From Vicugna vicugna (lineage: Eukaryota): 64,000 nt of DNA. Where the stretch lies: NCBI GenBank assembly GCA_013265495.1, contig MU058423.1, forward strand, positions 4,231,061 to 4,295,060, written 5' to 3'. The notes beneath the pieces were generated by a model, which saw nothing but the letters and a program-made list of their open reading frames with translations, was not told where the DNA came from and did not search any database. Below, piece after piece: positions 26,806-38,030 of the stretch. Position 1 is the first letter of the stretch. Each line of letters begins with the position of its first letter. The position numbers were made by a program, and so were the translations under genes.

Positions 26806-29571
26806 ATGTAAACTAGAGTTAGTTAACAAGCATATGCCTCAACTTAATATTAATTTCTTATTTTAGTTTGTGTCAAAATCTCAACTATGATATGTAATTT
26901 CCTTTGGCATCTTACTTTGGTAGTAAAATAATACTGGAATCTTTACATGTGTTTGGTTAGTAGCAAAATCTAATAGAACAATCAATATTAAGGAAAGTAG
27001 TAAATAATCAAATTGCAAAGAAGCCTATTGGTTTAAACTCATCAATGCTAAGCAAGTATAAAATGCATAACCCTGAGAGATATCTTCTTGGACTCTTGTT
27101 TTCCATAAACAACATTTATATTTAATGAGAACAGAATTAACAGGCTGTATTGAAAATTCAGCCTATCATTCAGTCTGATTAAACAACATGCAGTTTTACA
27201 AATCCACATTTTACTTAGTATTTCTGTGTGTCTAGAACCAAGTCTACTGTGAATAAATTTTCTGGATATATTTATATTAGGGAAAGGAGAAGGAAAAGGT
27301 GTCTTTCTAAGCATGTACTGATACTAAAATAGGGCCTTAGATATTTTCAACCATTAGATAATATTCAATCAACTTTAAATGTTTTTTTTCATATGGTTTG
27401 ACCTAACCAATGGAGGTCATTGTTTAGCAATAACCTTAATGAAGAAGCAAATATTAGAAGTCCTCCAGAAAGCTTCCCCGATCCCAAAGGTCTTCCTCCT
27501 CCTCCTCCTCTTTCCTGCTGTTGCTATGCAACCATACACATATCCCTATCACTGCACAGATCCCATTGCTTTATAATTTATCAACCTATCCAGATGGTAG
27601 CAACTTGAGGACAGGGACTGTGGCTTTTATCTTTGTATCTCCAGCAACTGGCACACTCCCAGAAACTAGGAAGCACTAAATATTTAAGTGCTTACATTTA
27701 TGTGTATTGTATTTTTAATTTTCCAAAATTCTTGAAAAGGAAGTAAGATAGGTATTATTATTTCCCATATTATAATTCTTGGATTAGAATCCATGTGACC
27801 TGATTCCCAGTTAAATGACGTTTTACTCCTTCTCATTCTTAGCAATTATCATGTTCTCACAAAGCTTATAGCTTCATTTCTGTTTAGCTAAAGTAACTGA
27901 TTATTTTTTCTTTCTTAAGCCACAAACATAAATTATTCTTAAAATTGCAGAATGTCTGCATTGCTTTAACAAGTTTAATCAAATGATTATTGTTATTTAC
28001 AAATGGACTTCTTTCCTTTTTTAATTATAGTGTATTTCTGACATTTCCTGGCCTGTTTTTTATGTTTCTGTTACACATTATGGGATTCTGTATATTTTAC
28101 ATTCTATGTGCTACTGAGGTTAAGAAGGTGGTTGCCATGGTCTCCTTTGATATTAACACTATGTATAACACTCTTCATTTTCAGCGTGCTTTATCTCTTT
28201 CCCTAAATGGGTCACTCCAGAACATAGAAAACACCTCACTTTAGATTATCTGCTGACTTCCCAAACTCACAATGGCTAGAAAAGTGGGCAGAGCTGTCAG
28301 AATCAAAGAGCATTTGAGTGGTTCTAGTGAGCTGGAGATGTACCTCTGAACTAATCTGTAGTCAGCCATGAGATTGGGCAATTTAAAAAATGCTTCTGAA
28401 GTGAATGTGGATGAGATTTCCCAACTGATCTGATTAGCCTGGGTAGGAGTGCAGAAAAATGCAACATGTTGTTAAAGACTTCTCTTGAATCTTCAAGACT
28501 TCTTGAGAAACACCACTTCCTTTCTTCCCTCATTCTTTAAAAAATTTTTTTCCAAAGGAAATAAAACATTCTCAAGATATTCATGTAATTAATGTCCATT
28601 CAAAATCTTATTCTCTATGCTTATATGTTTGGTATATTTTCCATCTGAGTTGGAAAACTCATTGAAGAGTCAAACCATTGTCCTATGATACTAATTATTA
28701 ATGGTCTGGATGCATTCAGGGCTATATATGGGGTAAACATACTTTCTAGGTATTCTGCTGTCAGGAAATATTAGGGCTGCAATCAGTAAAGATAATGAAT
28801 TTCTATCTGCTTATTTCCAAAGAAACATTTGTACTTAGATGAAAATTTAAAGAACATAAAATAGCAATTTACTTTATTTGTAGATTATCAATAGGCCAAT
28901 TTATTCATATATTCACTAACAAATACTTATCATATGTAATCTCCCCTCTCTGGTAAAAACCAACCCCAAATTCCAATTTCCATAGGCCAATACCACTTTA
29001 AAGTTAAAACATGAGCTCATGGTCGTCTCAGACAGATACCCCTCTCAATTTCTAAAATATTATCACTGGCACATCACCTTGCTGGCTCCCTGAGATGAAC
29101 AATCTGGTCATACATCGTGATGCCCCCTCTCTCCCACTGCCGCCCTTAGGCCCCCCACAAAATGGGTCACTGCTCTATACTCTGACTTCAGAGAGTCCCA
29201 TCCATCACGAACATGAAAACGCATTATTATTTTTTGTTTTTTTCTCCTTAAGGTTTTTTTTGAGAAGTTTGGGAACAAATTAGACATATGGAAGTTATAG
29301 AAGGGGTACTGGAGAGCTAAGCCTCGCCTCGCCAGGAGGTGCAGGGCTGAGGGAGCACAAGTCAGTGTGCTGGGGGTGGGAATGGGAAGGTGGGGAGAAA
29401 AGTTCAAGCACTCCAAATCCCCCTAAGTGGGTGTCTAGGAAGACAGGCTCCCCAGATAACTGTGCTTCCTCCTTCACCAGACCTTGGGTGGTACAGTTTC
29501 GGTTTGATTACATATTTCTTAAGATTTTCATTTTTTAATTTATCTACTGGCTTTTAAGGTATACCTAATTG

Positions 29572-30188
29572 GAAAAGGAAACCCTCCTACACTGTTGGTG
29601 GGAATGTAAGTTGGTACAGCCACTATGGAAAACAGTATCAAGTGTCCTTTAAAAACTAAAAATAGAGTTGCCACATGATCCAGCTCCTGGGCATATATCC
29701 AGAGAAAATCCTAATTTGAAAATATACATGCACCCCAGTGTTCACAGCAGCACTATTTACAACAGCCAAGACATGGAAGCAACCTGAATGTCCACTGACA
29801 GATGACTGGATCAAGAAGATGTGGTATGTATATTCAGTGGAATATTACTCAGTCATAAAAAGAATGAAATAATGTCACTTGCAGCAAATTTGAGATTATC
29901 ATACGAAGTGAAGTAAGTCAGACAGAGAAAGAAAAATATCATATGATATCACTGACATATGAAATCTTTAAAATGATACAAATTAACTTATTTACAAAGC
30001 AAACAGACTCACAGACAGAAAACAAACTTATGGTTACCAGGTAGGAAGGGTGGAGAGAGGAATAAATTAGGAATTTGGACTTAGCAGATACAAACTACTG
30101 TATGTAAAATAGATAAACAACAAAGTCCTACTGATAACACAGGGAACTATATTTAATATCTTGTAATAAACTATAATGGAAAAGAAAA
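29572..30188 (+). mobile_element. 5'-truncated cetartiodactyl-type L1 (ORF2 end plus 3'UTR) with TSD
   Basis: ggaaccctcctacactgttggtgggaatgtaagttggtacagccactatggaaaacagt...gcagcactatttacaacagccaagacatggaagcaacct; TSD aaggtatacctaattg (29556-29571) / aagatatacctcattg (30189-30204). Confidence 0.93.
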
Positions 30189-30204
30189 AAGATATACCTC
30201 ATTG

Positions 30205-32050
30205 AATTATTATTACTTATGATTCCTTTGGGGATTATACTGTATAGCCTTAGTTTTTCACTGTCTACTTAGAGCAAACATCGTTATCATCTCATGCTAA
30301 ATTTAAGAACTTGCAAGTATATAGGTCCATGTATCCCTTCCTCTCATGCTTTATGCAGTAGTTGTTAAGTGCATTATATCTCTCTCTATATATATTATAA
30401 TAAAATGTTATAATTTTTATTTTAAACAGTCATATGTATCTTAAAGAAAGAGGAAAGCTAGTCTTTCAGATTTGTCCGTATATTTTCCATTTCCATTGTT
30501 CTTCATTGCTTCCTGAAGTTCTAAGTTTTCATCTGATATCACCTCCTTTTGGCCTGGTAACTTTATTCTAGCATTTCTTCTAGTGCAGATCTGATGGTGA
30601 TGAATTCTTGGTTTTCTTTTATCTGAATGTGCCTTTGGTAAGCCTTCATTATAAGAAAAAGATATTTTCATTGAATACAGATTCTGAGTTGACAGTATTT
30701 TTTTTTTCAGCACTCTAATGTTTCACTACCTTCTGTTTCTGATGAGGAAACCAATGGTCATTTGAACTGCTGTTTGCTTATATGTATTGTATCTCTTTTT
30801 CACCCTCTTGCTGCTTTCAAGATCTTCTTATCATTGGATTTCAGTGGTTTGTATATGATATGCTTAGGGGCTGTTTTCTTGATCTTTATCTTGCTTGAGG
30901 TTCATTGTAACTTTATGTCTTTGAGTAAATTTCAGGAATTACTCCTCAAATATTTTTGCTGCCTCATTCCTTCTCTTCTCTCTTTCTGCAACTCCTATTA
31001 TTAAAATTTTAAATATTTTTCTAAAAGTCCACAAGGCTTGGGTCATTTTTTTCTACCCTCTTTCTCCCTGTTCTTCTTATTGGATAATTTCTACAGACCT
31101 ACCATCAAGTTCACTGATTTTTCCTTGTATCAGTGCCAACCTACTCTTAAGTACCCCAGTGAAATTTTACTTTAAAAATTGTATCTTTTCAGTATTAGAA
31201 TTTACATTTAATTTTTAATAGTTTCTACTTCCCTGCAGATATTTCATCTCATCATTTATTAAAATCACATTTTCCTACACCCTTCAGCATTGTTATAATA
31301 GCTGCTTTAAAATCCTTGTGTACTAAGTCCAACATCTTAGTCATGCAGAGTTTGGTCTCAATTGTCTCTTCTCTACAATGTGGAGTTTTTTTTCTGTTTT
31401 ATTTATATATTGAGTAATTTGCTATTTTATCTAGACACTATGAATAATACTTTGTAGAGACTCTACATTCTGTTATGCACTTCCTAAGAGTATTGATTTT
31501 GTTTGGTTTAGTGTGCAGTGAATGTGGCTAAATTCAAACTGCATACTTTGTCTCCTTTGCAATAGCAGCTGAAAGTTCAGTTCTTTTACCTTTAGCTAGG
31601 CTGCTAATGTGCCCCACACATTAATGATTCAGAGTTTAGCCAGAGATTTAGGTAGAGTTTGTACATTGTATTTAGGATTCCTCCTTCTCTGGCTCTCTCC
31701 TTTTCAGATTTCTCTCTTGACATTTTAATTGCAATGGTTGTGTCAACCTGTGCTCTAGTTGTTCAAGTCAGTAAGATAAGATTTTCCATCTGAGTTTTAA
31801 CTGCACCTCCCTTTCCCCATCATGCATGGCATAGACTGAGGCCTGCTCTTAGAGAAAAGCAGATAAAGGGGAAACTCACCTAGTACCTTTCCTTTCTTCC
31901 AGGTATGACTCCCCTCCAATATCTGCCTACTTCTGGTCATTCACTAGGGCCTTCAAATAATTATTTTTATACTTAGTCCAGTGTTCGTAGCTACTATTTG
32001 CAGGAGAGTTAGCATGATAGGAATGGTTGGCCATTATCAAAAGTAGAAAC
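30205..32050 (-). mobile_element. Old degenerate L1 (L1M-type 5' region/ORF1 remnant)
   Basis: T-rich; tagtgcagatctgatggtgatgaattct, gatattttcattgaatacagattctgagttgacag, gctgctttcaagatcttc; the ORF at 30441-30713 is ORF1-like. Confidence 0.8.
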
Positions 32051-32187
32051 CTTGGTGTGGTTTTTGGAGGTGCTTTGAACTGCCTGGAAATTCTGAACTG
32101 GGGAAGTGAGGCATCATCAGAGAGGAGAACTTCCCTGCCCTGGCCTCGAAGGTGCTTCCCTGGGTAAGTTTCCATCCCAAGTTCAGG

Positions 32188-32822
32188 CAGATCCAGTTGC
32201 CCAACACCATTTACTGAAAAGACAGTCCTTTCCCCTTTGAAAGGGCTTAACACCCTTGTCAAAACTCATCTGGTATATACGTGTAAGGTTTATTTTGGGA
32301 CTCTCAGCTCTATTCTCTTGCTCCGTATGTCTATGCCAGTACTACACTGCTTTGATTATTGTAGCTCTGCAGTAAGTTCTGAGATCAAAAAGTGTAAGAC
32401 TTCCAACTTCATTCTTTTTAAAGACTGTTTCGGCTATTTGGGGTCTCGTGAGATTTCATATGAATTTTAGGGTAAATTTTTCTATTTCTGCAAAAATTGT
32501 CCTTGAGATTTTGACAGAGATTGCACTGACTCTATAGATTGTTTGGGGTAGTAATGACATCTTAACAGCTTTCAACCCATGAATATGAGATTTCTCTTCT
32601 TTTATACATGCCTTCTTCAATTTCTTTCAGCAGTGTTGTAGTTTTTAGTGTACAAGTCTTTTGCCTTCTTGGTTAAGTTTATTCCCAAGTATTTTAGCCT
32701 TTTTGACAGTACTAAAAATGAGATTCTTTTCTTAATTTCCTTTTTGAATTGTTCATTGTTAGTGTATAAAAACACAACCAATTTTTGTGTGTTGATGTTG
32801 TACCTTGCAACTTTGCTTAATT
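32188..32822 (-). mobile_element. L1 ORF2 fragment (L1MB-type)
   Basis: atccagttgcccaacaccatttactgaaaagac...; translation includes SKVARYNINTQKLVVFLYTNN...LKYLGINLTKKAKDLYTKNY, typical of L1 ORF2p. Confidence 0.93.
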
Positions 32823-33607
32823 TTAACTTTAGTTTTAAAACTAATTTTATTCTGATGATATATTCAATGAATGTAATGTGAAAAATATACAAAAGCACAA
32901 ACAAATAAAAAAAACCCATAATCCCACTGCTAGCCATATATTATGTTCTTTCATTTTCTCCCTCCTTTGTTTTCATAATCAGCCTTTTACTATTAATATT
33001 TTTAATCCTACTTTGCTACTTAGGAGTGTATAATAAAGTTAAGTTATTCTAATAAAAACACATGTTCACAAAAGGTCACTGCCTATTTCCATGTCTTCTC
33101 AGCTCAAACTCTTTGCAACTCCAACTCTGATTTTATCAATATTTAAAGGCCTCATTTACAAACTGTAAGATGGTTTTTATACATTTTTAAACCCCTTGGT
33201 TATTGAGTCTGAGACAAATAAAAGCAGAAAAGGCCACATCTTTCCACAGACTTGTCCTCACCCAGGAAAGGAACTAAGAGTCTTTCTAGTCTTAAAAGCA
33301 CCAGTCAGACAAATAATAAAAGGAACAATGTGTGTCTGGGTAGGGTGATATTATCCTGAATATATACATTACTCTGATACTTGAGGTAGACAAACTTTGT
33401 TCTTTAACTTTGGATAATTGGTTGAAGATTGAAGCTTTGCAATTTTAGTATACTGGATAAAATAATATTACCAAGAATATTACACTTAGCTCCAATTTTC
33501 TTGCAGTTTTGTGTAAGGAATATACAAAGATGGCCACAGGATGCCAAATGGGAAGGGTATAAATTCTTAGAATGGTTGATTTACATGATGCTCAAAGAGG
33601 TATTCCA

Positions 33608-33730
33608 CATGCATTCATTCATTCCCTCACTAAATATTTACTGAACACATACTGTGTGACAGGTCCACTTCTAGGCACTGGTGACAGACCAGTGAGTAAA
33701 ACTCAAGCTCATCTGGACCTAAATTTTAGT
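33608..33730 (-). mobile_element. L2 3' end fragment
   Basis: cattcattcattcc...aaatatttactgaacacatactgtgtgacagg...ctaggcactgg. Confidence 0.8.
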
Positions 33731-34879
33731 TATGCAACTACATTATCTTGGCTAATTCATTTAACCATTCTGTTTCACATCTGAAAAGAGGGAGTTAGAT
33801 TAAATTATTTTCATGGTTTCTTTCAGTTCTAAAAGAAATGATTTTGCAATGCTATGACTCTGACTATTTGGCATACACACTGCCTATTTAATTCTAATAC
33901 AAGAGTTCATGAGGCTGTCTCCTGCCAACGTGCCAAATCACTGACCTCTTACACTCCCTCCTACCATCATCTCTTGGCCCACCCTACCCCCATCTGTTCC
34001 CTGTTCTCAGCAGCACTGGAGGAGCTATAATTACACATGGATGTCACCAATATGTTGTAACAGCTTTGCTTCCCTGATATTCTAGCAGGACCAAATGAGT
34101 AAAAGCAGCCAAGGCGGCCACATAATTCCTAGACAAGACTATATCCCTTAGTTGTATACCATCTCAGTTTTCCTAGGCTCTCATTTGTTACTCATTAACA
34201 CTCTTCAGGAGTAGAAGAGAGGCGACTCACACTTAACTAAAATGAGCCTGTGGTTTCAAGAACGTCTTCCAGAGCAAAAGAAAAAAATAAAAACAATATA
34301 CTAAATATTAGTTAATCTTATTTTCCTTTACATACACGATTTTAGTTTATTGCTGTAATTAGGGTTTGAGGAGCTACATCTGAGAGGAACAGAAATCCGC
34401 CAGCATCCCTATTTATCTCTAAAATGCACCAGATTGTACCACTTGGCATTTCATTTTTTATATCTTTGCTGACTCTTCCATCATAATTTCTCTAGCTTAA
34501 AAACAAAACAAAAATATCCCTATCTATTTCAATAGAATAGTGAATTGCCTATAATTCTTAAAGATACAAAGTACTCCCCAAGGTTCAAAATATAAGAACA
34601 GTTAAAAAAAGAAAGGCACTCCCTGTCAAAGCTAGCCTTTCACTAAGACAGTCTTTTTTCATCCAATGTAGCAACGATATAGGAAGGATGATAGCTAAAC
34701 TTAGAACTTGCTGTGAAATATCAATCTGTTCGTAGCAGCGTGAATAATTCAAACACACACACGCAAACACACACACGATGTTTTCATTTATTTCCTTATA
34801 TCCCATGAAAAGTCTGATAATACTGGAGACTGAAGAGACCTTGTTACCCTACATGAGTCCTGTTAACGCTAATACTTAT

Positions 34880-35075
34880 AGAGGGGGGTTTTGGGCTAAG
34901 TAAGTTTGGGAGGCTTCAGTTAAATAAAATGGAAATGTTCCTTTACTGTAGGACAGATCAGGGCCTTTAATATGTTAATATATATTGTCATTCTCCTAGA
35001 AGGAAATATTGCAAACACCATTTCCCAAGTGTCTTCACCCATTGAGACCTTTATTTGAAGAGTAATTCTGAGAAA
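34880..35075 (-). mobile_element. hAT-Charlie MITE (MER103-like)
   Basis: taagtttggga...ctttactgtaggac...cagggcctttaatatgttaat...catttcccaag. Confidence 0.7.
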
Positions 35076-35520
35076 CACAAATCAAGCACAACACTCATTT
35101 TGGAGATGGGGAGACTCTGACTGTGGTGTATGGGACTTGCTCTAAGCTCACAGCTAGAGCTTGAACCTATTTCTCTTGACTCTTAGCCAATGTTTCCTCC
35201 TAAAATAAGACAAATAATGATTTTTGAGATCCTAATGTTTTGTCCTCTGTTCTCTCAATACATTTTTAGCATAATATCAGTCGTCCTGGGCACCAGTCAC
35301 AAGGCAAGAAAGAGCTGACACAGCTGCCATCCCGATTACACAAGGTTCTGGATTGGGATCTGTGGACCACTGGTATCTGTGAGGCTCTTATAGCACATAT
35401 TTTAAACCTAGTCTGTTCATTCATTCAGTGTTTTTCAAGTGGAAGTTCAGAAACAAATTCATCTGCCAAACATGAGTACTTAAAAGATTTTCTTTTCTTC
35501 CTTTGTCACTGATTGTTGAT

Positions 35521-35717
35521 TTTATTTTATTTTTTTTTTTAGGTTTTTCTTTTGGTAATTAGGTCTATTTAGTTAATTATTTATTTTAATGGCGGTACTG
35601 GGGATTGAACCCAGGACCTCATGCATGCTGAGCATGCACTCTGCCAGTTGAGCTATACCCACCCCCCATGTTTTTTTTTTGAGGGGGGAGGTAATTAGGT
35701 TTATTTATTTATTGCCT
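35521..35717 (-). mobile_element. Full-length vic-1-like SINE (35521-35667) in tandem with a second SINE tail (35671-35717)
   Basis: Minus head ggggggtgggtatagctcaactggcagagtgcatgctcagcatgcatgaggtcctgggttcaatccccagtaccgcca; ggtaattaggt tail motif occurs twice; outer TSD ctgattgttgat / ctgattgttaat. Confidence 0.9.
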
Positions 35718-37273
35718 CTGATTGTTAATCTTGTTTAGATATAGTTTTCCTACCTATAAAAAGGGAGGCAGAAATAGAATCATGAACTTATATACAGTCA
35801 AGTTAGTTCTACCTGGTTAAACTAACATTTTTTATTCTAATAGTGGCTTAATGAATTGAAATACATACATATATTGCAATGAAATGAACATATCTATCCA
35901 CACAATCAAACTACTATAATAAAAGCCAGGATCTTAACACTTTTGTTCTTGTATTTGGAAAATGAACGGAAACTTGTCTCTACTGAACTTCTGATCACAT
36001 AGATCCACAAAAACTCTTACACTAGATATCAACCAATGGCCATGAACTCCTAATGTGCCAGGAAATACCTCTGATCCTAGGGACAAAAAAACAGCAAGAC
36101 CAACCACCGAATTAGAATAAAAAACATGAGTCCAGAAATTAGACAGAAAAGCTGAGTGTATCCCTGCCTCCCACTGTTTGGGCACTCAGATGTAGCCAGA
36201 AGGTAGCTTTCTATATAAATTAAGTGAGGGAGGAAATTATCTCACTTTTTTATTATGTGGTATTTTTCCTAAATATCCTTATGTTTCTTAAAAAGGAGAC
36301 ATCTTTCCTTTAATGACCCACTAGTTTAAAAAAATGTCTAGCACTGGGGAATTAAGGATAAAGAGACAAGCTCTTAAACTGCATTGTTTTTTTGCACGCT
36401 AATGAAGTTCATAATTTAATTGGAGAAGTTATTAGATACAGTCTCTCCTTATAATGGTACAAACCTCAGAGGAAAATGAGCTGCTTATGCACATATTCTC
36501 TTTAAGAAATCCTCAAAGATTTAAAAAATATGCCTCAAGTCAGAATGACACTCTGTTGTCCACTTAAAATGTATTTATACTATAAACCTTTATTTTAAGC
36601 ATCTCCACTGGAGTTAAGTAGCAATGCTTTGTGTTGTTTTTTATTTTTAATTATGGTTACTAAGATTTTCATCTGAATGCTCTTATTTACTGAATTTCAT
36701 TCTCCTTTTATAAAAAGAGGAAATTAAAATTAAAATTTTTAGATGATAGAATGATTACATTTAGCTTGAAATAAAAAAGACTTGGAGGGATAGAATCACT
36801 GACTGCAATTTTATGAAATTTTATTATATGAAAGAGGCAGCACACATTCACTATAGTTTTAGCATAGGGAATGTGGATTAATATATGGAAGGTAAAAGAA
36901 AATATTTATTGTCCTCAATTGAAGGATAAACTTTCTTAAAATAAGCTAGGGTAGCTGGCCATTTCCAAGTTTATCCATTAATGTTTGTGGCTTGTTTCAG
37001 TGTTTGATGGTGCCCAGTAAGTGGAAGAAGTTGTATTAAAGATCTACGGGAAAATGTAGGGAAAAATTAGTAGTGAGAACATTCAGTTCCGTTTATTTAT
37101 TTCTCCCCTCAGAAGATGAGCAACTAACATCATCATTTTGTTTTAGCAGTAAAACACTTAGATCTAACACAATATGATAAATTAGCCCAATCGCACATTA
37201 TAAAGCTGACAAAAATGAAGTTAAGAAGTCAGCGTTCTCAGGTAAACACACTGCAATGTGGAATAATGAAATA

Positions 37274-37634
37274 CAGGTTCCCTCCGCTATCTGAAAGTAG
37301 GGTGTTCCTGTGAAACCTTCCGTAAGCTGAAATGTCATAAAGCGAAGAAGCAATTACCTTAGGACACATCTTGCTAACAGATGCACAAAATAAACTGAGA
37401 TAGAGCACAGCTGTTCACAGACACAGTTCAAGGTTACGGAGCCTGGGTGCCGAGGTTCGAGGTGCGGAGTGTAGCTGCCGTGGAAGGAGCTGGGCGGGGC
37501 CGCTGGCGCTGGGCCGCTCCGGGAGCACCCCGCCTCTGTAAGGGCTGCTGCACAACCATTGCTAAACACTATTTTCGCGTTTCTCCTTTTTAAATAAATG
37601 TAGGTCTTTTGTAAAAGCAAAGTGGGAATACCTG
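37274..37634. mobile_element. Tc1/mariner (Tigger-type) non-autonomous DNA transposon
   Basis: TA|CAGGTTCCC...GGGAATACCTG|TA: TA target duplication and imperfect terminal inverted repeats. Confidence 0.85.
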
Positions 37635-37799
37635 TACTGGGCCATAAATCATGGAGAGGGTGGCTTCCAGAATATTTCAAGAAGGGTAGAGCCACAAGAC
37701 TTACTGTTTCACGGTTGCCCCGTTTCAAAGTGGCTCCTTTAGGAATATGCTGGGTCTGCTGTATGTACTGAGCTCACTTCAGGCTAGTCTGGCCGCAAG

Positions 37800-38030
37800 A
37801 GCATAATGAACAGAAAACATGAGGTTTGTAATGAGCAACCTGATTTTGTCACTTTATTATGTGTGGGATATTAAAAAAAAAAGTCATGGAAAGTCTCTGT
37901 TTTTTCTCATCTGCAAAATGGGGTTAAACAGTACTTGCCTCACAAGCTCCTTGTGAGGATTAAAGGAAAGAAGTCATCTGAGAAGAACCTCATAACCTGA
38001 GTGCTGCACAGACGTGAAGGATGAGTACTT
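37800..38030 (+). mobile_element. MIR SINE
   Basis: ctcatctgcaaaatgggg...cctcacaag...ttgtgaggattaaa. Confidence 0.75.

Noticed and set aside
32617..32937. 106-aa ORF with reverse-transcriptase-region similarity
   Set aside because: Degenerate L1 ORF2 fragment, not a host gene or active element.
35590..35667. tRNA-Ala-like sequence as a real tRNA gene
   Set aside because: It has mismatched stems, an AT-rich/poly-A tail and a TSD, and similar copies occur elsewhere in the window. It is a SINE.
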